53,407 bases of DNA from Alphaproteobacteria bacterium. GTDB lineage: Bacteria > Pseudomonadota > Alphaproteobacteria > CAAHEQ01 > UBA3637. The notes under the pieces were generated by a model. The model was not told the DNA's origin. It searched no databases and was given only the letters and a program-made list of their open reading frames with translations. Positions 46,701 to 53,407 of the stretch are shown piece after piece (the stretch's first letter is position 1; every line of letters begins with the position of its first letter). The position numbers were made by a program, and so were the translations under genes. The stretch is taken from the NCBI GenBank assembly GCA_017958225.1, contig JAGDDD010000041.1, positions 1-53,407 of the forward strand, read 5' to 3'.

Positions 46701-48377
46701 ATGCCGGCGTATCAATATATTTATGTAATGAACGATTTGTGCAAGACTTGGCCTGACGGGCGCGAGGTCTTGAAAAACATTTCTTTGTCGTTTCTGCCCG
46801 GGGCAAAAATCGGTGTGTTGGGTGTCAATGGCGCCGGTAAATCGACCTTGTTAAAGATCATGGCCGGTATAGATAAAGATTTCCGCGGTGAAGCGTGGGC
46901 GGCTGACGGTGTGCGCGTCGGTTACCTGGAGCAAGAGCCGAAATTGGACCCGACCAAAACCGTGGGCGAAAATGTCATGGATGGTGTTGCGCCTGTGCGC
47001 GATTTGCTCAAACGCTTTGAAGAAGTCTCCGCGGCTTTTGCCGATGAAAATGCGGATATGGATGCCTTGTTGGCAGAGCAGGCAGCCTTGCAAGAGAAAA
47101 TAGACGCGTGTAACGGTTGGGAGATTGAGAGAACGCTGGAGATTGCCATGGACGCACTGCGTTGTCCGCCGGCCGATTGGCCTGTGGATAAACTGTCGGG
47201 TGGGGAAAGACGCCGCGTGGCTTTGTGCCGCCTGTTGCTGTCTAAACCAGATTTGTTGTTGCTTGACGAGCCGACAAACCACCTGGACGCCGAATCGGTG
47301 GAGTGGTTGCAACAGCACCTGAAGGCCTATGAAGGCACCATTGTGATGGTGACGCATGACCGCTATTTTTTGGACAATGTGACCGGCTGGATTTTAGAAA
47401 TTGACCGCGGGCATGGGATACCTTACGAGGGCAACTATTCCAGTTGGTTGGAACAAAAGCACAAACGCTTGATGCAGGAAGAAAAAGACGCCTCGGCCTA
47501 TCAACGCGTGATACAACAGGAACTCAACTGGATACGTCAATCACCGCAGGCACGACACGCGAAATCTAAAGCGCGTATTAAAGCGTATGAAACGTTGGTG
47601 CAGAACGCCAAGCAAGAATCGGTGGCCTCGGCGCAAATCTTTATCCCTGTCGGGCAGCGGTTGGGCGATGTGGTGTTGCAGGCCGAGGGCTTGCGCAAAG
47701 CCTATGGCGACAAGTTGTTGTTTGAGCAACTCAATTTTAATTTGCCGGCCGGTGGTATTGTGGGTGTTATCGGGCCTAATGGCGCGGGTAAGACGACGCT
47801 GATGCGCATCATTGTCGGGCAGGAAAAGCCGGATGAGGGCACTTTGCGCGTTGGCGAAACGGTGCAACTGGGCTATGTGGATCAGACGCGGGATGCTTTG
47901 AACGATAACAATACCGTGTGGCAGGAAATCTCCGAAGGCAAAGATATTTTGACCTTGGGCAAGCGGGAAATCGCGTCGCGGGCTTATGTGGCGCAATTTA
48001 ATTTCAAAGGGCCGGATCAGCAAAAGAAAATAGGGCAGTTGTCCGGCGGTGAGCGCAACCGCGTTCATTTGGCCAAGATGTTGAAAAGTGGGGCCAATGT
48101 GCTTTTGCTCGACGAGCCGACCAATGATTTGGATGTGGATACCTTGCGTGCGCTGGAAGAGGCCCTGTCTGATTTTGCCGGCTGTGCCGTGATTACCTCG
48201 CACGATCGTTGGTTTTTGGACAGGTTGGCAACGCATATTTTGGCTTTTGAAGGCGACAGTCAGGTGGTGTGGTTCGAAGGCAACTATGCCGAATATGAGC
48301 AAGACAGAAAGCGGCGTTTGGGCGCTTTAGCCGATCAGCCGCACCGTATTCACTATAAACCGCTCTCCCGGTCATAG
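46701..48377 (+). CDS. ettA: Energy-dependent translational throttle protein EttA (ABC-F)
   Basis: Two ABC domains, [30 protein letters not shown]. Confidence 0.96.
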   Translation: MPAYQYIYVMNDLCKTWPDGREVLKNISLSFLPGAKIGVLGVNGAGKSTLLKIMAGIDKDFRGEAWAADGVRVGYLEQEPKLDPTKTVGENVMDGVAPVRDLLKRFEEVSAAFADENADMDALLAEQAALQEKIDACNGWEIERTLEIAMDALRCPPADWPVDKLSGGERRRVALCRLLLSKPDLLLLDEPTNHLDAESVEWLQQHLKAYEGTIVMVTHDRYFLDNVTGWILEIDRGHGIPYEGNYSSWLEQKHKRLMQEEKDASAYQRVIQQELNWIRQSPQARHAKSKARIKAYETLVQNAKQESVASAQIFIPVGQRLGDVVLQAEGLRKAYGDKLLFEQLNFNLPAGGIVGVIGPNGAGKTTLMRIIVGQEKPDEGTLRVGETVQLGYVDQTRDALNDNNTVWQEISEGKDILTLGKREIASRAYVAQFNFKGPDQQKKIGQLSGGERNRVHLAKMLKSGANVLLLDEPTNDLDVDTLRALEEALSDFAGCAVITSHDRWFLDRLATHILAFEGDSQVVWFEGNYAEYEQDRKRRLGALADQPHRIHYKPLSRS

Positions 48378-48524
48378 ATTTTGGCTTTTTTTATAAAAAA
48401 CACTTGCTTTTATTTTCGTTTTCTGTATAATCAGTCACATAGGTTCGAAAGGAACCGTTAAGAATCTATCTTTTCCTAAGAAAAATGAGTAAAAGATAGT
48501 AAATTTTATAAACATTGGTGATAA

Positions 48525-49010
48525 ATGAAACAGTCTTTTAAGTATCGCTCCGGCGGGCGTCATGGACGCTTTAACGGGTATCGTTCTAATAATACCATTA
48601 CACGCAACACTGTTTTTGACAGTTCGGGCCCTTGCGGTCGGTTGCGCGGAACAGCTCAACAACTGATGGAAAAATATATGTCTGCGGCTAAAGATATGAA
48701 GCATGCAGATCGTATTCAGGCTGAAATTATGTTCCAATACGCAGATCATTATGCGCGGTTGTTTGCTATGACCCTGAACACTCCGTCAGAAAACGCGCCG
48801 CGTCCTGTGGAAGCCCCCGCGGAAGAGGTTGTGTGCGAACAGCCGGCCCTTGAAGAAGAGGCTGCGCCTGTGGAAGCCGAACCTGCGGCCTCTAACGACT
48901 TGGCGTCCCTGCCTTTTATGGATGCGGTTGTTCCGGAAGAGCCGAAAACAACCAAACTGCACATAAAGCGCAAACAGAACAAAGATTCTGTTGAGCCGGC
49001 CGAAGCGTAA
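48525..49010 (+). CDS. DUF4167 family protein
   Basis: FDSSGP..RLRGTAQQLMEKY...D.I.AE..FQYADHY.R. Confidence 0.88.
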   Translation: MKQSFKYRSGGRHGRFNGYRSNNTITRNTVFDSSGPCGRLRGTAQQLMEKYMSAAKDMKHADRIQAEIMFQYADHYARLFAMTLNTPSENAPRPVEAPAEEVVCEQPALEEEAAPVEAEPAASNDLASLPFMDAVVPEEPKTTKLHIKRKQNKDSVEPAEA

Positions 49011-49025
49011 TCTTTCTTCATAATA

Positions 49026-49042
49026 TAAACTACTTATTAACC
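49026..49042 (+). promoter_or_regulatory. CtrA-box-like site upstream of fliL
   Basis: TAAA-N7-TTAACC, one mismatch to TTAA-N7-TTAAC. Confidence 0.4.
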
Positions 49043-49087
49043 AAACATCCGCTAGAACTATAAGCAGGGCATTATAGAGGTCAGCGT

Positions 49088-49591
49088 ATGCAAATAGATG
49101 ATGAGATAACAAAGGGAAAAACAGTCGGCTTTGTCCGTATGGTCATTGCTGCGTTGTTTGTTGTGTTTTCCATTTGGATTTTGGTGCATGTTGTTCAATC
49201 TTATCAGACGCCGACACAGGTTGAAGAAGCGCCCGTTGTATGTGATTTACAACCCACTGTTTGGAAGGGGGAATACCTTCTGCCGTTGCCCTCGGTGGCG
49301 GTCAATGTGTTGGCTGACAAAGAAGTGGGGCCTGTGCTGCGCCTCTCTGTTGCCCTGGTGGTGTCTCATCGCTCGGATGTTAAAGACGTCTATAATGCTT
49401 TACCGGCGGTTAAAGAAAGCATTTTGTTGTTTGCGCGCGGTTTGTCGGTGCAGGATATCCACAACCCGGAAGCCTTGTATCGCTTAAAACAAGCCATTTT
49501 GCAACGCGTTCAATGGGTGCTGGCGCCGGTGGTGGTGCAAGATGTACTGATCAGCGAATTGGTGCTGGAAGGTGCTGCGGAGGACAAGTGA
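49088..49591 (+). CDS. fliL: Flagellar basal-body protein FliL-like (divergent)
   Basis: N-terminal TM; LP...VN..; LYRLK..IL.RV...V.DVL; precedes fliM. Confidence 0.7.
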   Translation: MQIDDEITKGKTVGFVRMVIAALFVVFSIWILVHVVQSYQTPTQVEEAPVVCDLQPTVWKGEYLLPLPSVAVNVLADKEVGPVLRLSVALVVSHRSDVKDVYNALPAVKESILLFARGLSVQDIHNPEALYRLKQAILQRVQWVLAPVVVQDVLISELVLEGAAEDK

Positions 49592-50502
49592 TGGACGAAC
49601 AGGTTTCTTTAAGCACTGTCTTGTCAAACGAGGAAATTAAAGCCTTGTTGTCGCCGGCACAAGAGCGCGGTGCCTGGCATGCGTCCTTTATGAAAATGGA
49701 TGTGCCGTCTGCCCCTGTTACCTGTGGAACAAGTCAGATTTTTGCTCATGTTGCCCAAGCTTTGACTGCGGTGTTCAAAGACAAAACAGGCTCGCCCTTC
49801 GTCAGTTTTGCCACCCCTTGCGTTCAGGAAATGTTGTTAAACGAATACCAAAAGCAACTGATGTCCGATATGTGTATTTTGCCCTTTGTGTCGGACAAGG
49901 ATGCCGGTTTGTTGGTGTTGGACGCTGATTTGGCCTATGCCTTGTTGGATATGATGTTGGGTGGTCGGCGCGGTTTAGGCACGTTGCACAAAGATTCTTA
50001 TACGCACATTGAATCGACGGTGTTACAAGAGCAAATGAAAGCCATGTTGTCGGCGATTTCTGCGACGCTCAAAATGCCCTTACAAGCCGCATCCGCTTTG
50101 CTGGCCCCAGCAGAGGTTTTGACGCACTGTGCGCCGGAAAAGAAACTGATTGGCGAATATAGCGTGCGTTTGGACCAGACAGAAGGGCGCTTGATTTTGG
50201 TTTTGCCTATGTCGGCGCAGGTGGTCGGGGAACAGTTTGAACGCGATAACGCGCCCGCAACGCCGATGTCGGAAGCGATGGCACACCATCTGCAACGGGT
50301 CAATGTGGAAATGTCCGCTGTTTTAAGAAAGCAAAATGTGCCCTTTAAAAACCTGTTTAATTTGAAGAAAGGTCAGTTTCTTGCTTTGAACAAAAACAAG
50401 ACGGTGGTTGTCCAATGCGAGCAGGTTCCTTTGTTTGAAGGCAAATTGACCAGCCAAAAAGATGCCGTTGTCATAGATAAAGGAGTCGCAGGATGCAAGT
50501 AA
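49591..50502 (+). CDS. fliM: Flagellar motor switch protein FliM-like (divergent)
   Basis: VLSNEEIKALL (CheY-binding-like), LLDMMLGGRRG, YTHIE, SpoA-like C-terminus. Confidence 0.75.
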   Translation: MDEQVSLSTVLSNEEIKALLSPAQERGAWHASFMKMDVPSAPVTCGTSQIFAHVAQALTAVFKDKTGSPFVSFATPCVQEMLLNEYQKQLMSDMCILPFVSDKDAGLLVLDADLAYALLDMMLGGRRGLGTLHKDSYTHIESTVLQEQMKAMLSAISATLKMPLQAASALLAPAEVLTHCAPEKKLIGEYSVRLDQTEGRLILVLPMSAQVVGEQFERDNAPATPMSEAMAHHLQRVNVEMSAVLRKQNVPFKNLFNLKKGQFLALNKNKTVVVQCEQVPLFEGKLTSQKDAVVIDKGVAGCK

Positions 50503-50921
50503 CACAAGCGCTATATGTGATTCTTTTGGTTTTGTTGGCCATCGCCATTGTGTATGCGATGATTTTGAATTATCGGCTGTCTGTGTTTCAGGACACAAAA
50601 AGAGAAATACTGAAAACTGTGCAAAACTTCCGCCTGATTGTTGAAGATGCCGAACACTCTTTGACGCAAATGCAGAAAAACATTGATTTGACCGCAACGC
50701 AATTACAGCGGGAAATGAAAAAAGCCGTCTTGTTGCGTGACGATTTGGCCTTATTGTTGGACACAGCACGACAAGGCTCGTCTCCACGCCAGGAAACAGA
50801 AGATCAGCCTGTGTTTGAGCCTATGGCACGGCACACGCCGGAGCCGGCGGTTGATGTCTATCAATCTGAAGCCGAAAAGCAATTACAAGATGCCCTAAAA
50901 CGTTTGAAGAGGTCCGCATGA
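50493..50921 (+). CDS. DUF6468-like TM coiled-coil protein
   Basis: TM..LNYRL; LRDDLALL; C-terminal SEAEKQL; follows fliM. Confidence 0.65.
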   Translation: MQVTQALYVILLVLLAIAIVYAMILNYRLSVFQDTKREILKTVQNFRLIVEDAEHSLTQMQKNIDLTATQLQREMKKAVLLRDDLALLLDTARQGSSPRQETEDQPVFEPMARHTPEPAVDVYQSEAEKQLQDALKRLKRSA

Positions 50922-51319
50922 GACGCATCGTTGGACTGGCTTTGTTGATATTGGCGCTGCCGGCTTGGGCACAAGAGGTGCCTGTTTTGGAATTGGACAA
51001 GGGCGTTTCTAACGCGCAATTACAACTGCTTAACGATTTGGCGGCCCGTAAAAAATGGTTGGACCAGCAATCGGCACGCCCTGCGCCTTCTTTAGAGTTT
51101 GTGGATCCTGTCACACAAGAAGAGATTTCGCCCGTTGTGCAGATGTATTTATATATGTCGCCCGTTGATGCGGCGCGCTTGTTGTCAGCGATGCCGGAAG
51201 AGGAAGCGTTTGATATATTCCAGCGTATTCCTTCTTATCGTTCGGCGCTGATTTTAGCAAAATTGCCGGAAGATTTGGCGCACAAATGGACTTTGCGTTT
51301 GGCGGAGCACAATGACTAA
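50918..51319 (+). CDS. MotE/FlbB-like protein (short)
   Basis: Signal peptide; MY..MSP.DAARLL...SALILAKLP...A..WT. Confidence 0.65.
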   Translation: MRRIVGLALLILALPAWAQEVPVLELDKGVSNAQLQLLNDLAARKKWLDQQSARPAPSLEFVDPVTQEEISPVVQMYLYMSPVDAARLLSAMPEEEAFDIFQRIPSYRSALILAKLPEDLAHKWTLRLAEHND

Positions 51320-52775
51320 ATGTCTTTGGATTTTGATGTGGTGTGTGTGGGCGACGATGGCTGTTGCCGGCACGATGCCGTCTCGCGCCGTATTCAGTTA
51401 CAATGGCGTCTTGTGGTTTGTGGCTGATGCCGAAGCCTTTACCCCTATGCAAGCCTTTGAAAAAGAGCAACAATTGGTGGCGGATGATGTTGTGATTTAT
51501 CGCCTGTCTCATCAGGGGGAGGCCGCGCGGTTTGTTTCTACACAGGCGCAAAATAAACCTCTTGTGCCCACTAAAAAAGATGATCGGCTTTTCTTGCCCG
51601 TCAGCGTGGATCCCGTCCAAGTCAAAGATCCTTTGACGCAAGAGCTGTTGGTTATTTTCCCTCAGGCCGATGTTTTTGTGCCACGGACCATGGGAACTTT
51701 GGAAGTGACTTTGCCGGCAACACGCATGGGTGTGGTGGTCGTTGTTAAAAAGGATTCTGTCCAATTTAACCAGGTGGCGGACGGGGTGGAAATTGTCTTT
51801 AATCGTCCCTTTGCGGTGACACAGGATGTGCCCTTTGTGCCCGCTTTCCGTAAGGGCGCTTTGGATTTTGCTCCCGAAAAGCAAAAAGAGCCTGCCTGGC
51901 TGGTGTTAGAGACGCAAAAGTTGCGCTCTTTGGTGGATGTTTTGTCTATGCGTCAGAGCAGCACCTTAAAATTAGAATTGGCGCGGTTGTATCTATCGCA
52001 AGGGTTTGTGCCCGAGGCCTTGTCCGTTTTGAACACTTTGCGCACGGATGATGCGTTGGCTTTGAAAGGGCTGGCCCTATGGTTGAACAAAGATCCGGAC
52101 GGTATGACGCTATGGCAAAATCCGTATTTGAAGACGGATGTGACGGTGGCGCTTTGGTTAAAAGCCATCAAGTCGCATTTTTCAGAAGAGGCTATTCAGG
52201 CCTTGCGGACGCACACGACGGATACTTTGTTAGCGCAAGCCTTGTTGGTCGCTTTGGAACAAGACCCGACTAATAAAACAGTGATACAGACTTTGTCAGC
52301 TTTGCCTTTGAATAAATATCAAGCGCAACATTTTGACGTGCTGCAGGGGAAAACAACACTGACACAGGACTTGTCGGCAGAACAATGCTGGTTGCGGCTG
52401 CGGCAGTTGAAAGATAATGTCAAGCGCAGAGCGCCGGCTGATGTTATTGCCGAAGTGGAAATGTTGCGCCTGGCGTATCCGGCTCCCGACTTTGTCAAAC
52501 AGGCCAATGCGCTTTTGTTGCCCTTGTATAGAAAGACGCAAGATTATGTGTCGGCTTTGTCCTTATGTCCGTCCAATGAACGGCAAGAGATTTTACAAGA
52601 GGGCATATCCGTTTTACAAAAGCCGTTTGACCGCTTGACTTTGTGGTATGCCTTTGACGCGTTGGAACACACTTTGCCGACCGACGTTGGTGTGCGGCAA
52701 AAGATTTTGGATGACTATTTATTATTAGATTTGCCGGACGAGGCTAATCGTTTTCAGAGCCGGCTACCTCAATAA
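51312..52775 (+). CDS. Exported hypothetical protein with TPR-like helices
   Basis: Signal peptide; LELARLYLSQGFVPEALSVL. Confidence 0.7.
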   Translation: MTKCLWILMWCVWATMAVAGTMPSRAVFSYNGVLWFVADAEAFTPMQAFEKEQQLVADDVVIYRLSHQGEAARFVSTQAQNKPLVPTKKDDRLFLPVSVDPVQVKDPLTQELLVIFPQADVFVPRTMGTLEVTLPATRMGVVVVVKKDSVQFNQVADGVEIVFNRPFAVTQDVPFVPAFRKGALDFAPEKQKEPAWLVLETQKLRSLVDVLSMRQSSTLKLELARLYLSQGFVPEALSVLNTLRTDDALALKGLALWLNKDPDGMTLWQNPYLKTDVTVALWLKAIKSHFSEEAIQALRTHTTDTLLAQALLVALEQDPTNKTVIQTLSALPLNKYQAQHFDVLQGKTTLTQDLSAEQCWLRLRQLKDNVKRRAPADVIAEVEMLRLAYPAPDFVKQANALLLPLYRKTQDYVSALSLCPSNERQEILQEGISVLQKPFDRLTLWYAFDALEHTLPTDVGVRQKILDDYLLLDLPDEANRFQSRLPQ

Positions 52776-53142
52776 CGACGAACGCTTGCGCGTAATCCCC
52801 ATCATCAGACAAGGAAAGGTGTATGTAGGGATTTTCTCCCTTTTCAGCCAACAATTTGGCGGCATCTGCGTGTAGTTGGACCATAGGGGCACCTTGTGCA
52901 TTGTTGGTGATTTCTATTTGTGTCCAGGCAACAGCACCTATGCCGGTGCCGAGCGCTTTTGCTACCGCTTCTTTGGCCGCAAAGCGTTTGGCATAAGTCT
53001 GAATCGTCAGGGCGGCACGCGCTTTAGCACAGGCTTGTTCTGCCGGCGTAAAAAGCCGCTGAATACCTTTGTCGCCCATTTTGGATAGGGCTTGTTCAAA
53101 GTGAGAGATACAGACGATATCTGTGCCGATACCTGCAATCAT
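52744..53142 (-). CDS. acpS: Holo-ACP synthase
   Basis: GIGTDIV, FAAKEAVAKALGTG, LSLSDD. Confidence 0.96.
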   Translation of the reverse strand: MIAGIGTDIVCISHFEQALSKMGDKGIQRLFTPAEQACAKARAALTIQTYAKRFAAKEAVAKALGTGIGAVAWTQIEITNNAQGAPMVQLHADAAKLLAEKGENPYIHLSLSDDGDYAQAFVVIEVAGSEND

Positions 53143-53407
53143 GCGTCGTTCCTCGGTTTAATAGACATGACATCCGGTTCGGATTTCAAAGCTAAAATAA
53201 TGTCTTCTAGATGTTGCTTATTCAAGACTTCTATTTCAATCGCCAGGTCCATATAGCCCGGGGAGACAGACACAGTTTCCAGGCGTGATATATTGCTTTT
53301 TTGCTTGGCTATGGCGGTGGATAGGTGAGCTAAAGCCGCCGGTTTGTTGGCTAAAACAACGGTTAAAGTGACCGGGAAGTGCTGTTTGCTGTCTGATTGC
53401 CTGTTCC
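53139..53407 (-). CDS. C-terminal ACT domain of a RelA/SpoT homolog (partial, cut by window end)
   Basis: Manual translation ...LTVVLANKPAALAHLSTAIAKQKSNI...IEVLNKQHLEDIILALKSEPDVMSIKPRNDA*; ATGA overlap with acpS. Confidence 0.8.
   Translation of the reverse strand, partial: NRQSDSKQHFPVTLTVVLANKPAALAHLSTAIAKQKSNISRLETVSVSPGYMDLAIEIEVLNKQHLEDIILALKSEPDVMSIKPRNDA

Noticed and set aside
48438-48500. c-di-GMP-I riboswitch (GAAA loop plus CCTAAG)
   Set aside because: Lacks the conserved GGCAAA/GCAAAG junctions and a complete tetraloop receptor

Overview
Gene-dense, mostly housekeeping chromosome segment of an alphaproteobacterium (inferred from gene content/order: secB-Tim44-mltA-Smr, mlaD-mlaD-DUF2155, DUF4167, fliL-fliM-DUF6468-motE-like, rsh-acpS). 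Compact intergenics, shortened proteins and many convergent overlaps suggest a streamlined, possibly host-associated genome (inference). It contains lepA, the sufBCDS-MIP18 operon, gpsA, lgt, queA, sodB, an OmpR/EnvZ pair, tsaD, trxA, ychF-pth-rplY, rsfS-obgE, dut, ettA, acpS and four tRNAs (Thr-GGT, Phe-GAA, Leu-GAG, Leu-TAA). No integrase, transposase, reverse transcriptase or CRISPR array is visible. The most unusual region is a ~7 kb accessory block between obgE and tRNA-Leu(TAA) (39.0-46.0 kb). It holds an S8 protease flanked by a 19-bp direct repeat, a DUF362 gene, and two tandem membrane-anchored KPxIYLYP-motif paralogs with different N-terminal variable segments and a near-identical 59-bp 3' end. 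It also holds a repeat-containing ORFan and, directly downstream of the tRNA, an array of four small diverged basic paralogs, each preceded by the same ~19-nt leader. Other notable items: an rtT-like tRNA-linked repeat with att-like flanks at the window start, two divergent genes whose start codons share one palindrome, a degenerate GGDEF protein with an intact I-site, and a pseudo-dUTPase paralog. All protein calls come from motif recognition by eye; no database searches were run.
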